DNA from: Octopus vulgaris
Lineage: Eukaryota
Length of the DNA: 64,000 nt
Reading direction: 5' to 3'
Assembly (NCBI GenBank): GCA_951406725.2
Contig: OX597822.1
Location: 38,502,001-38,566,000, forward strand
The notes beneath the pieces are model-generated. The model made no database searches. It worked only from the letters and a program-made list of their open reading frames with translations, and was not told the origin of the DNA. Below, one piece after another: positions 13,687 to 27,949 of the stretch (the first letter of the stretch is position 1; each line of letters opens with the position of its first letter). Position numbers and translations under genes: made by a program.

Positions 13687-13864
13687 ATCTTTAGTATTAT
13701 CCCAACTGTCCAATGAATGGTAATGTGAAACTCTGAGTAACAGTTTGAAGATTTTGGAGGCTTTAATAAATAATATATTACTCTACCTTTGGTATTTGAG
13801 TACTATTTTCTTCCAACTTCTTTTGCATGTATTTGCTTACTTGTATATGTACATTTGTATATAT

Positions 13865-13994
13865 CAGGGTTGTGTAGTCAAAACAAAAAAATTTGAATCT
13901 GACCCCTCTATGTAATTAAGTGATTGTGGTCTATTTTACTAACTCAGACTCCAGCCACCCCTTAATTGTTTCCAGCTCCGACTCCACAACCCTG
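13865..13994. mobile_element. Shorter copy of the GGAGTC MITE
   Basis: cagggttgtgtagtc ... gactccacaaccctg. Confidence 0.75.
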
Positions 13995-14198
13995 GCACAC
14001 ACACACATATGACTCCTGTTGTAAATGACAAACGAGGGTTCCGTACCTTGTTGAACAACCCACACAATGATTTTCTTAGTGAATTAATCTACACTGTACA
14101 TTAGCTCACTCCCTCCAAGATAATACACAAGCATGGTAGATAGTAGCACAGTTGGGAAGATTCTTTTATTGGAATGTAAACAAAAACGTCATCTAAGG

Positions 14199-14775
14199 CA
14201 GCACTCCCTAACCTTTTTGGCATCACAGACCAGTTTCATGCAAAACAATTTTTCCACAGACTGACGGAAATAATAAAGTGCACAATATGTAATTCAATTA
14301 CTTAATGTATAATGTATATCTATCACATGACTGTGTGATAAGTATCTTGCTTACCAACCACAATGTTCTGGGTTCAGTCCCACTGCTTGGCACCTTGGGC
14401 AAGTGTCTTTAAGATAGCCTCGGGCTGACCAAAGCCTTGTGAGTAGATTCGGTAGACAGATACTGAAAGAGGCTCATAGTGTGTGTGTATTTATGTATGT
14501 GTGTGTGTGTATGTTTGTGTGTCTGTGTTTGTCTCACCAACATCGCTTGACAACCAATGTTGGTATGTTTATGTCCCCGTAACTTAGCGGTTCAGCAAAC
14601 GAGACGATAGAATAAGTACCAGACTTACAAAGAATATTCTCGCAAAAACACCCAGTAAACTGTGATAGTCAATAAAACAGAAATAAAATTTAGAAATTTA
14701 TTCTTCCCATGAGGCCTGGTACCAAATAATTCATGGCCTGGCACAGGTCTGCAGACTGGTGCTTGGGAACTCCTG
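14199..14775. mobile_element. hAT/Charlie-like MITE interrupted by a SINE B copy (about 14330-14640)
   Basis: Ends cagcactccctaacc / ggtgcttgggaactcctg. Flanks atctaagg / atctaaac resemble an 8-bp NTCTA-type TSD. Confidence 0.6.
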
Positions 14776-14799
14776 ATCTAAACCAAGTACAGGTGGAAG

Positions 14800-15240
14800 G
14801 AACCTACATCACATGTCTGGGACAATGCTGCTGCTACAGCTGCTGTTACACATACAAATATAATAAACCATATTACAGTACTGCTTCCATATCTTTGACA
14901 GTGCTGCTGTTACATATATAAGCACTGTAGACCATATTACAATATTGCTTTTCTATCTGGGCTAATGGTGCTTTAACACAAACATCTTAGATGACATCAT
15001 GGTACTGCTCTTATATCCGGGGCAGTGCAGTTGTTACATACATAGACATCCTAAAGCCACATTATGGTACTGTTTGCAAATCCACATCATACTGCTGTTA
15101 AACACTTGTATACATCACATTACACAGCATTGCTCAACTGTCTGGGATAGTTGCTGCTGCTAAACACACAGACAGACCAGACCACATGTCTTTACAGTGC
15201 TGCTGCTGTTTCTCAGAGACAAACATTCTAAACTACATCC
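14800..15240. repeat. Degenerate ~62-bp tandem repeat
   Basis: Recurring gtgctgctgttacacata...accatattacagtactgct...atctgggac units. Confidence 0.65.
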
Positions 15241-18138
15241 AAAAAGATGAGCCTTCTTCCTCTTGAGTGCCAGAAAAAACTTTCAGCCCTGATCAGGTGT
15301 TGACTTTCTACAAGGATCCAGTAATGCCACATTACAATGCTGTTACACATACGGACAGAGACTGACAAAGTCACACCTAACAGCACTCTACTACCACAGC
15401 CTGAGAAGCCAATAGAGGAATCCGTAGATGAGTGTTTCTTATATAGAGTCCATATGACCCTTGGGGGAGTCCATATACGATTTTACTTTTAAAATTTATC
15501 AGCAATAAACTGATTATATTTCTACAATTCTCAATATTTTAATAATTTTTTTAATACAATTCCTAATCATATTTAATCATAAAAATACAAACAGAATAGC
15601 TATGAGGGTCCATTTGCATAAAATAGGAGTCAAAGAGGTCCATAGGCAAAAAATGGTCAAGGATCACTGAGATTATTAAAAACAATAGCCAAATCTCCAT
15701 TAAATCACACCAGTCTTTAAAAATAAGGAGCATGCTGGATAATGCTGTCTGGGTTTCCTGTACAAAGGCAAAAGGCAAAATGGTTACAGGTCTGCAAGAT
15801 CAGGGCAGGCCTAGAGCTAAATAACAACCACAGCAGATTTTCATCCTTTCCTCTCGGTCTCTTCTATCACTACTATAATGGCTTCTGCTTCTCTCACCCA
15901 GCAAACAGTAGATTCTCTTGAACCATGCTCACACAACTCACCCATTCACCTTTCATCACATCTACTGTGTTTATCTCCCAACCCCAAAGTACTTGTTTAT
16001 TTAATTAATATCACCTTCCTTAGTCTTTTCAACTGGGGTATCCATGTATCTACTCTACAGTAAGACACCTATGTATGTCCCTTCTATACCTTAAATCTCT
16101 CAAGTGACACAAAGGCATGCCCACCCACACAATATAACTCCCTGCTTCCAGTTGAGGGGTTTTTGCCTTGCAAGGCACTTGGTGACCCTGATGATGCTGG
16201 TACCACATAATAAGCAACCAGTACACTCTGTAAAATGGTTGACATTAGGGAGGGCATCCAATTGTAGAAACCTAGCCAAACAAACTATGTAACCTGGTGC
16301 TGCTCCTGGCCTTGCTAGCTCCTGGCCTTGCTAGCTCCTGTCGAACTGTCCAACCCATGCTAGCATGAAAAACAGATGCTAAATGATGACGATGACCACA
16401 GTTAGTGAACACAACACTTTCATCTATTAAAGGTTTCCAATTTGCTAACCCTTAGTTTGCTGTTCTTTTCCGAGGGCAGAAGTGACAAGGATGAGTCTAT
16501 TGAATTAATGCGCTTCATTCCAAGAACACTGGTTGTTCATAGAACTTTTACATTCTTTGCTGATTTATGGTGAAACATATAAATACAAACACACACACAC
16601 GCATGTGCACATACATGACTTTGGGTCCACTTTACGCCTGCCAAATTCCACTCACAAGGTGTTGGTCAATGCGAAGCAATACTAGAAGAGACTTGCCCAA
16701 GGTGCCATGCAGTGGGAGTGAACCAGAAACCATTTAGTTGTCACGCTAGCTGGTATGTGGAGTGAAATTTCACACTCACTGACATACACCAGCTGGTATG
16801 TGGAGTGGAGTCTGACACTCACTAGCCTGTAGCATATGGTTAACATCCACAAAACAATGTCTTCCAATTCTTAGTCAAAGTTTCAAATTTCACCAAAGCT
16901 CATATTCATGTATCACTCCACTGCGGTATCAATGAAATAGGTATCAGTCATTCACTAGGTCCTTTTGATAGAAAACTACACACATCTCGGCTTCTACTTG
17001 ACAAACTCATGGAATCTCGGCAAAAATTATAAATTGTTATTAAAATTTTTTTTTAGGGTTTAGAGACAAATTTAATTGCCTAGTCTCTAACTACCCTACT
17101 AAACCCCCAAATAAGGCTCCAATCACAGTAAGAAGGTTATAACATCTGACATAGGAGGACAAGGCAGTGTTGCAGGCTGATTATATATTTGCAGGGCAGT
17201 GGTTGTCGGAAGTGGACACACACACATACGCAAACACATGATTACACAAAAATACATATACACACACAGTTGCAGACATATACAGTGTCACAAACATACA
17301 CAAATAAAGAGAAACATACTTAGGAACACATGCAAAGAGATAGTGAGTGAGCTAAGATAAATAGAGAGATAAAATGATAGATAGAAAGATAAATAAAATG
17401 GTAGATAGATGGATAAAACGATAGCAAGAGGGAGAGAGAGAATATAGAGATGTTAGACAGGGGGGAAAAAAAAAAAAGGAAATATGTCTATGGGACAGTG
17501 GTGGCGGTGATGGTGATTGTATTAACAGCAACAGCAGAGAGGCAGTGAGGAATTGGCAGCAGCAGCAACAACAGCAGCAGTGCTGATGTTATTAGTGGTG
17601 GAAACAGGGTTGAAGATAGCAGCAGTGGCGGCAGCGATGGTGGTGGAGGTGGAGGTGGTGGTGTTATTGATCCAGGAAGCCAAAGTACTTGACTTCAATA
17701 CTAAAGTGATGTGTTCTTGATAGAAATCTAACTCCTCACACCACCACCACCACCACCACCACTATCTTCACCATCACTGCAACCTCCACATCCCCCCATC
17801 TTCACTACCAAAAATCCTCTTTACCCACCGCCAACAATCATTGCAAAGTGCCACATCACCACCATCGCCGCCGCCATGGCAATAGCCACACCATACCACA
17901 ACAGCATCACCCCCTACTCGTCCACCATTGCCACCACTCCCATCAACACCATTCCAACCCCATTCCAACCCCATTAGAGAACAGCAGCAGCCCCACCGCC
18001 ATCACTACTATAGTCCCTACCCATCCCCATCGCCACTATAGCCCCCACCTCACCCCACCCCAACATCGCTACCATTATATCTCAGAGTCACAATGAAAAC
18101 ATAATTACAATATATAGGAAATAAGGAAAATGTCAGTC

Positions 18139-18170
<32 letters not shown>

Positions 18171-20352
18171 CATATACATACATACATACATATATATGTA
18201 TATATACATATACACACATACATATGTATGTGTGATGATAATAATAGCGAACCCCCCCTTCTCCACTGGTGCCCTACCATTACCAGTTCTACCACCAGTC
18301 AGCTCCCAATCCTTAATTTAATCCCCCCTTCTCCGATCCCTTAACAATTACATGAAGACCAAGTCCTGGTCTCTCCCTCCACTCTCCGCCATCACCGTAT
18401 ACTGTCACACCCACCACAGATTCCTCACCCCGCTACTGTCATCACCAACAAAGGAGCCTTTAAATGGCTGCTAAACCTGCTAGAAGTAGTAGTCAAATCT
18501 CACGCTACCTTATTTAAAGATGTCTAAGGAGGCATTGGACAATAAGATCCAAGGTAGACTATGTCTGAAGAAGAGTCCGGATGGTCGAGTTTGAAATGCT
18601 TTTTCATCATAGATCTGCTCAAAGAGAGCTGACCTGGGGCTATACAACACCACTAGCCCCATCCCTTGATCCATTCCCCATCACCACTACTCTCACCCTT
18701 TCTCCCGACACTGTCAGTCATTAAAAAAGGGGACAAATGCTGTTGCTATTTTAAGATTTTAATATTCATGTACTAGTTGCGATGATGATGACAGACATCT
18801 GTGGTGAAACTGCATCAATTGGTTGCCAAGCAACTGATGATTACACTGAATAAAAAAAAAAACAACCAAAAATGGTTGTGTGTGTGCATGTAAGCGTCTA
18901 ATGTGTACAAGTTTAGATGTCCTAGTCATCTGTTCAGGGCTACATTAATGTATGCATGTGTGTATGTATGTATGTCCGTCCCCAACAGAGCATGTTTGTA
19001 CATTTGTACAAGACTATGTATACGTCTGTGTGTGTCTTAGTATGGCTAAGTACGTGTTGATGTCCTAGTGTGTGTATGTATAGCTTTGTATAGAATAGTA
19101 TACGTGCGAGTGAGTGCATGTGTTAATACCCTAGTGTACGTACATGCAGATCCCTGCAGGCGTACGTAAGTATATGTAGGCACAAATGTTATGCGCGTGA
19201 TGTTCCAGTGTGTATGCTTGTATTGTTATTTAACCCCCAAAGCACACCCTCCTGTTCAAAATGTCACCATCCTATCCTTTGTTCAGGCATAGTTCACCGC
19301 AGACTACATTATTCAACCTGTCCTTTATAAAACGTTAGGGTATGATTTAAGATACAATTTGGCTGCTGTTTCTAGCAGGTTGAGCGAGCAACCACATCAC
19401 GTCTCCATTTTAATGTGTGCGCGTGCGTGTGTGCAGATAAGCGCAACCCTAGCTATGACGCGCATGCGTAGAACAAATGGTAATATCGATTTCTTTGCTC
19501 CCTTTTCCCAAGAAGAGCTTGCATTTGAAGGGAATAGAGAAATGGGCTGTTGTGGGGCTCATGGCTTTCCAAAAGATGACATACAGCATGGAACGATATG
19601 CGATCCTTGATCACATGTAGTGAGTGCAAAGTCATGTGAAGAACATTTATCTTCTGGCATTTGACTGAAATTTTGGAAGCCCTTAAGATATGTGCGTGTG
19701 TGTGAGTGCAAAGCGTGTATCATTTAAGTCAGAATGTAACTTAGCCATTCAATGAATAGAAATCAATAAAATAAGTGCTGGGATCAATTATTGATATGAT
19801 GTAGAAATCGGTGAAACTAGTGCCTTTGGCATTGCTTGCTCTCCAATGAGTGGAACTTATAAAAGCTAAGAAAACATAATAAAGCCATACTCTCACACAC
19901 ATTCACACAAACAAATGTTAAACCATACACTAATACAAACACATACACACACATTCACCTAATCACAAATCATTCACTGAAATTTCTCCAACCACGACCA
20001 AATCTAAAGGGAAACAGTGAAAGAGAATGAAAGAGAGAAAGAAATAGAGAGAGAGAGAGAGAGAAAGTCGAATGTGATACCAGCAGCCTGCAATGACTAA
20101 ATAGAGAGAGGAAGGGGACATACTTGACTGCTGGCCCCACCAGAGGGACACATAGTCGTCGTATCTAACAGGAAGTAGGTTCACTGTAATTGACATCGAT
20201 TCGTTGATTCATTGATTTATCACGTTTGATGTGTGAGCGCGCGCGCTGCTTGACCAAGCCACATATTGAGGGTTTCCCCGTTTTCTTTGCTGTATGCAGA
20301 AAAAGCAGTATTTATGTTTATACATACACTGCTTTTTCTGCGTACTGCAGAG

Positions 20353-20388
<36 letters not shown>

Positions 20389-21088
20389 CATAATCAAATA
20401 CAGATACATATGTGTGTATGTGCAGGTATATAGTTATATATACGTATACGAGATCATGACCTACTCATATATAAGCACATATTTATGCATATACACCAAT
20501 TTATATAGATATGAACATGTGTGTGTGTGTACGTATATACATGTGTGCATATGTATGTATATATCTACTTCTCACATGTGTCTCTACACTACAAGATACC
20601 GGTTCCTGTCCCTCTATCATTCTTTAGTCTCTCAACACGTGGCATAAAGCCACCACCCTCAGTTCAGGGGCCTTGCACTTTTTTTGGTGACCTCACTGGT
20701 TTCCATGCTACGAAAAGGGTATCTAGCACACTCTTTAAAGTGGTGGGGTTTAGAAAGGGCATCCAGCCATAGCAACTATACCAAAGCAGAGAGCGCAACG
20801 CAATCCTCTGGTTCCTCGGATACCGTCGAACTGTCCTATCCGTCCCAGAATGGAATGCAAACGATAAATGATGATAATGATGTACACATACACACATGTG
20901 TGCGTATATATATATATATATGCACATATATAAATATACATACATTGTTACATATTCGTACGCACACATATGTATATATTTATACAAACAACATTATATG
21001 ATGTGAATGTATATATAAGCCCAGGGATCAATTTGCTCGACTAAAGGCGTTGCTCCAGCATGACCGCAGTCAAATGATTGAAACAATA

Positions 21089-21131
<43 letters not shown>

Positions 21132-21835
21132 ACACATACAAATCACCTTCAAATACTATCAACAGGGTGGTCCGTCACTACTGCTGCTGCTACTACTACA
21201 ACTACTAACACTACTACTATAATACTACTACTACTACTGCTGCTGCCGCCGCCACCACCACCACCACCAGCTACAGTACTGTTTCAACTCATACCACCCA
21301 GCAGGTCCTTCATATCTTGTACATTATCACCATTACTACCACCACCGCCACCTCCTCCTCTTCCTCCTCCTCCACTGGGGATTATCTGAAGACAGGTGAT
21401 AATCCCATTTGATGCTACCTCATCGGGGATTATTAATAGTTATGTGTTGTAACGTGAAGTTTTGACAACAGTTTCACTTTCATCTTTACCGGAGATGGGT
21501 TTTTTTTGCGGTGGGCTTGGTTGGGGTGACATTTTACAATATAACCGAGTGCAGGAAAGAAGTGAGAGTGGTAGTAGAAGGGTGGTCGTAGGGATATTTC
21601 CACCCCTCCGCCCTTTCTTTCATAAATAAACACCATAGGAGAGAAAATGAAAGTAGTTACTGGCGGTGGTTATGTCCCTTTGATTCGATATTTGTTAAAA
21701 CGTTGCCGCTGGGACCACCACACTGTGGTGATTTATATGACAGGACCAGTATTACATTAAATATTTATAAATAACACATCATATTATTATCATCCTCAAA
21801 CCATTAACATCATCAAAATTAACACCATATTTGAT

Positions 21836-22005
21836 GTAGCGGTATTTCGCTCGTCTTAACAATCTGAGTTCAAATTCTGCCGAGGTCGACTTCGCCTTTC
21901 ATCCTTTAGGAGTCGATAAATTAAGTACCAGTTGCGTACAGGAATCGATATAATCGACTAGTCCACTCCCCCAAAATTTCAGGCCTAGTGCCCTTAGTAG
22001 AAAAT
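21836..22005 (+). mobile_element. SINE family A copy
   Basis: Same core as the 400-2420 cluster. Further copies at 22606-22818 (+), 23860-24236 (-), 36880-37020 (+), 37770-37945 (-) and 38870-39105 (-). Confidence 0.8.
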
Positions 22006-22818
22006 TATAATAATAATAATAATAAATAAATGCCATGATGCAGGACCAGACAGTTGCTCTCGTGGTTTCTAATCGTAACTGATTGGAAGTGTTATCATGT
22101 ACATTGTTTTGTCTTAGTATAAAATATGGGCTACAGCAAATATTCTGCTCAATACCACAGATTTACTTGTCAGTTGTTTGACCATAACCAGTTGACCATG
22201 TCCCTTAGTGGCTGACGATATGTGCATATCTGATCATAAGTAGAAGTAGTGGGGAAGCATCATAGCCGTGTGTTGAAAGGAATTCTTAGAGGTTTGGAAA
22301 CGTGGGTGGTTCGTTCAACATCCTTATTCAGGGACCTTTTGAGTGGAATGGGCTACTCGAGCAGAAGAGAACTCTAACTGGGTCCCACTTGCAAGATCAT
22401 GCGCTGTTTATCTTGATATGAGATCACCATGTGACGCACATATGAATGTGGTGCATGTGCCTGGTGTACCCTTATCAGACGGGTAGTTATGATGGGTATT
22501 CTGGGCTTCGTATATTTCACCCCAGTGTCACTTTGATGGCATGCACTGCTCTCTCACTCACTACTACTACTACTAGTAATAATAATAATAATTATTATTA
22601 TTGGGGTCGGCGAGCTAGCGGAATGGTTAGCACACCAGACAAAATGCTTAGCGGCATTTCGTCCGTCCTTATATTCTGAGTTCAAATTCTACCGAGGTCG
22701 ACTATGCCTTTCATCCTTTCATGATCGATAAAATAAGTACCAGTTAAGCACTGGAGTCGATGCAATCGAATTACCTTTCCCTTGAAATTGCCGGTCTTGT
22801 GCCAAAATTTGAAATCTT

Positions 22819-22970
22819 TATTACCTCCGTCTTAGCTAAGGCGGAGGTATTGCTTTCAGTAGTGTTCGTTTTCTTGTCTGTGGACAAGAGATCTCAAGAT
22901 CTGCTGGATGGATTCGGATGAAACTTCCAGGGAAGATTGACCTCGAGACCGGCACGAACTGATTAGATCC
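22819..22970 (+). mobile_element. Helentron/HINE-like non-autonomous fragment
   Basis: ttattacctccgtcttagctaaggcggaggta (short subterminal inverted repeat) followed by ttgtctgt and ggatggattcggatgaaactt, the typical HINE layout. Confidence 0.5.
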
Positions 22971-24967
22971 AGTGGGACTGAACCCGGAACCATGTGGTTG
23001 GGGAAGCAAACTTCTTACAACAGCCAATCCTGGGCCGATAAAATTTGAAATTTATTTTGTTTAGAGTTGCTTTGAGCTTTAAAACAGCGGTACTGTTGAT
23101 GGTGGTGGAAGGTAAGATATTTTATTTATTCAATCAATTAGCTTTAAATTTGTATGGATGTGTATCATTCGTTACTACCGCGAGCGATTGAACTATAATG
23201 GGTGAAACTGGAATAAGCACAGTTAAGCCTTGAGGCCAGTAGTCTAGTAATTGAATCTCTCATTCCGGGTGTCTGTGTAACATAAACACGCATTAACACA
23301 CATTAACACACCCAGATGATTTCCTTCTTTAAGTCAACTTGCAAAACAAAGACAGGTAGAATCTAATGCAGTGTGAGTGAGGCAGAGTTATGTACCTTGA
23401 CTACAGTCGCATTAAACTGAATCTCACTCTCATAACCCGAGAGATTGGTCTCCACCAGAGCAAAGCTGTCTTCATGAAAACAACACATTCGTTCCTATAC
23501 ATACGTAGCTGAACAGATTGCTTCTGACGATTGTCACCTCTCCTTTGCTGTGTCTCTTAATAAAATCTTGTAGTTTTTTTTTTTTCTATCTATCGTAAAG
23601 TTGGAGAATTCAGACCAACTTCACACAAAAGTATGATTTACTGCTTTTCCAAGCATGATGACATTGAAATGTGTCCGTAAATAAGTAATGAAAATTAAAC
23701 CATGTCCTAAGGATAAAGGCAGTATTTTTCATAAGCCCATTTCAACCACCAGGATAGGTTTATCCTGGTTAAACTTCCTGTGCAAAAGTAAAAGAGAACC
23801 TACTATCAGTGAACAACAAAATCTGTGTCAGTAAGTCACTAATTAAATGCCTTAGTATCCTTTTCTACTCTAGGCACAAGGCCCGAAATTTTTTTGTGGG
23901 GGTGGGGGGTGGCAGTCGATTAATTTGGACTCAGAACGTAGCGACGGGTGAAATACTGCTAAACATTTCGTTCGGCGCACTAACGACTCTGCCAGCTCGT
24001 TCCCTTAATAATAATAATGAAATAATAATAATGATGGTGGTTTTCCACAAGAGCAGCCATTTTGGGAGAGGGAATACATCGATTACATCGACACCAGTGT
24101 TTCACTGGTACTTAATTTATCGACTCCGAAAAAATGAAAGACAAAGTCAACCTCGACGGAATTTGAACTCAGAACGTAGCGACGGGCGAAATACCGCTAA
24201 GCTTTTCGTCCGGCGCGCTAAGATTCTGCCATCTCGCGATGTACCAAGTAGGTACTGCTGATGAAGAGTGTGTGTAAAGTCGAATGAGATAAAGCGATGT
24301 TGATATCTTTCTCTCTTGTAAAGAGTATTAAGTAACAGTACGTCTTAGTCATAAGGTCTAACTTTGAAATAAGAATTAGAAGTTGTCTACGTAATCCCAC
24401 CACTCTCCATAATCCCTCCTCCCGCCCATTAACACCCTCTTCATTCCCCTATGAGAATCCATTCAATAATAATCCGTCAAGTTAAACAGAACATAACAGT
24501 GTGTGGTTGTGTCAGAGTAGAGTTGTCTCCCTTGCACTTCTCAGTTTAATTCCAAGCGAAGTTCGACAGCGAAAATTTTAGTGGTCATGAGATCAAACCA
24601 TCGATCAAAGGGTCAAATGATCGAGTCCCAACAACGGCACTGATTTTATAACTCAGTATGCCGCTCGTCTAATTCTCTCAACTTCAAAGTAGTCGTAGCT
24701 ACACATCACAGCTCCACAGAACATAGTCAAAACAGATTACAATTATTTAGGCTCTTAATGATGGTATTTGATTTTACAGACACCCAAGTTGATGGGAAGT
24801 CGAGTTATGCTTGCTTTTCTGACGAATATTACTGGAGTAAGTGATGTAAAATGATGTGAAGCATTTTAAACCGGAATTTGTTGCAGACACAACTCAATGA
24901 GATGTTATCATGTGTACTAAAATTCTTATTGTAAAACGAATTAATAAATGATACGTTATCTTGCAGT

Positions 24968-25276
24968 AATGTTGCTTGTTCCTTCTCGAGCCATGCCTAG
25001 CTCATAAGGGCCGGTTTCCCGATTTGATTGGCGTATAGGTTCTCTACGTGGACGAAACGCCGGTCCGTTGCAGGTGAGCTACTAGATGCAGGAGGAAAGA
25101 GTGAGAGAAAATTATGGCGAAAGAGTTAGCAGAAGTTCACCATTTCCTTCTGCCGGAATCGCGTCGAGCTTTGGGTGTTTCGCTCATAAACACGCACATC
25201 GTCCGATCTGGGATTCGAACCCGCGACCCCTCGACCGCGGGTCCGCTGCCCTAACCACTAGGCCACGTACCTCCAC
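24968..25276 (-). mobile_element. Full-length tRNA(Arg)-like SINE with 11-bp TSD
   Basis: Head GTGGAGGTACGTGGCCTAGTGGTTAGGGCAGCGGAC...GGGTTCGAATCCC with A and B boxes. TSD TATCTTGCAGT at 24957-24967 and 25277-25287. Related heads at 46550-46930 and 49877-50160. Confidence 0.85.
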
Positions 25277-25738
25277 TATCTTGCAGTGCTGAGTTTAGAT
25301 TCGGCGAAAGGTTTACGAGAAAACAAAAGTCTCTAACTTCTGTGATTTCCAAACTTCAGAGTTCTCAATTGTCTTTGCGAGTTTGGCTATTGGAACTAGT
25401 CTGTGGTAATAATTATGGGATGGCTAGTGTGTGTGCGCGAGCACGTAGAAATACCAACTTTATGCCTGGGTACACAGTAAAACGGCTGGATCAACTGTAC
25501 TTGTGGCTATTTCTGGACTGGAAAATTTAAGAGGAAGGCCCTTGGATATTAAATCTAAATTTGAAATAGTTTCCAAACATTTTGTCCCTGCCTATCATTG
25601 GATATTACTGCAGACCAAAATTTACATCAGAAAGAAGAAGAAAAAAAAAAGTAGGTTGACTGAAACACCAAAATGGTTCTGGATGACCAAAAATTCCCTG
25701 TCACATTTGGAAAGACAGCAACAATATTTGAATGTTTC

Positions 25739-26047
25739 CAGTGGTTCCCAAAGTGGGTGGTATTGCCCACCCCACTAGGGGGCGGTGGAAAGTTCCAGGG
25801 GGTGTTGAAAAAAAGTGGGGCGACAATGGGATAGTGATTCATGTAAAAAGTGGAGCGACAATGGGGTAGCGATACAAGTAAAAACAACAAAATATTGGGT
25901 TCATTAAGTTTTATTTGTGAAATACAGTTGCTTTGAATTTGCTCCAGAAAGAGGTCTATGTTTGTGATGGTTAGTTGGGGTGGAGGTGCTCGGAATGTGG
26001 CCAGTGTGTCAAAGGGGCGGCAGCCCCCAAAAGTCTGTGAACCACTG
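25739..26047. mobile_element. hAT-like MITE
   Basis: TIRs cagtggttcccaaagt / aagtctgtgaaccactg. Confidence 0.7.
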
Positions 26048-26795
26048 GTTTACACCATATATTTATACTACAGTCGTCGTATTATAAGCTGGGAAATATG
26101 GTAACTATGGAAATTTACAGAGCAGCATATGTGTCATATGAGTTTTGTTATTATAGTCCAATAATGTATAAATGTCTCATTATCTTGTCTAAATAATTTT
26201 TATCGGCTTAACAATGAATATTGAGATGCCTATCATTGGACAAGACGATGCTAAAGGTTGTGTCTTGGAGGCATTTAAAGAGGCTGGGCCGTCACATTTT
26301 CATTTAACACAAACACACACATATAGATACATATAAATATATTATACATACATGTGGCAATGCTCCAGCATGGCCACAGGCAATAAGCTGGAACCAATGG
26401 GATGCTAGTTTTGCAGAATCTATTTTGAAGAATATTGATAAATATTTTGGTTTTGGTATAACTCAGATAGCGTTGTAACCATGGTGTGTTTGGAGGTGTG
26501 GGGAGACACACACACACATCGATATAGTGGACACACATGCATGCACACACATATACACTGATGCAAACATGCATGCACACACGACACATAGCATGCTGGA
26601 TGAAATGCTTAGCAGCATTTCACCCGTTGCTATGTTCTGAGTTCAAATTCTGCTGAGGTCAACTTTGCCTTTCATCCTTTCAGAGTCGATGAAATAAGTA
26701 CCAGTTGAACACTTGGGGTCAATGTAGTCAACTAGTCCCCACCCGACAAATTAAAGGCCTCATGCTGTTAGTAGAAAGGATGATTATTATTATTA

Positions 26796-26833
<38 letters not shown>

Positions 26834-27699
26834 TACAAGATGGCAGTGAAGAGTGGGTAAAAGTAATGTTCTGTTGTCTTACAGTATAGTATTTGGGCAG
26901 AAGAGACAAGGACAGAAGTGTGGTGTCTCACAGTACAGCACAACCCTAAATCGTATTCTTGTGCCAACATTTGAAATTATGAATGTTGCTGTTTCTGTTG
27001 ATGTATTACCAAGAATATATAAAATTTCTTTTATCTTGAAGATTTTTATGTTCAATTCCTTGCAGGCTGATTGATGTAGAAGAGAGATTGTACACACACA
27101 CATGTCATACATACACACAAATACATATTTTATATCTTAATAGTCATAAGAAGTCTGTGACGTTAGCGAAATATTGAAAGACTAATGTTGAAACACGAAG
27201 AAAGTAATTCAGAAAGAAAAATGGAAAAGTAAAAATAAAATAAATAGATAAAATAAAAAAATTAGAAAAAAAAAAAACCCAGTTGAGTTGAGTCTTAAAG
27301 AATATTCTTTACATGACTCTATTCACAGAACACACGTGCTCTGTGGAATTGAGTGTATTGGCGTCATTTGAGAAGTTCAGAGATGTAAGTAGAAGTCACA
27401 GGGTACCAAACCTTAATGTGGAGATTAGCAGTGAGGTGTGGTGGTGGTGGTGGTGGTGGTGATGGTGCTAGTTTCAGGGTGGAATTAAGTAAACAGCATG
27501 TCAATATTCCTTATAAAAATATGGCTGCTAATATGGAAAGGAATATGGCAAAGTTATGTTTCCGCTAGGATGAAAAATAAATATACCAAAAAAAAAAAAG
27601 AATTTTTTTTCCTGGCTTGTCTGTTTGTGTGTTTGTTCTGATGGAAACATTTGAGAAGTGTTCCAATGTTTTTTAAAAGGCCTAAGAAAAAAACAAAGG

Positions 27700-27915
27700 A
27701 AAGGAAGGAAGAAGAAGCAGGTGAAGAAAAGGAGGGAGAAGAAGAAGGTGTAGAAGAAAAGAAGAAGGGAGGAGAAGAAGAACGTGAAGAAGAGGAAGGA
27801 GAAGAAGAAGGTGAAGAAGGAGAAGAAGAAAGTGGAAAAGAAGAAGGAGAAGAGGGAAAAGAAGACAGAGGAGAAAAAGGAGAGGCAGGAGAGAGAAGAC
27901 AAGAAGAAGAAGGAC
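27700..27915. repeat. (GAA/GGA)n low-complexity tract
   Basis: Purine triplet repeat that produces spurious poly-Glu and poly-Phe ORFs. Confidence 0.85.
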
Positions 27916-27949
27916 AATAATAACTGTGTCTAATATAGGAACATGGCTT

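Noticed and set aside
21284-21313. MKDLLG(G)|gtatga mini-exon on the minus strand
   Set aside because: Phase 1, incompatible with the phase-0 intron it lies in, and embedded in simple repeats.
23809-24261. 150-aa ORF
   Set aside because: Antisense reading of two SINE A copies.
25195-25276. tRNA gene
   Set aside because: It is the head of a SINE with a body and an 11-bp TSD, with no proper acceptor stem. The same holds for 46550 and 38570.
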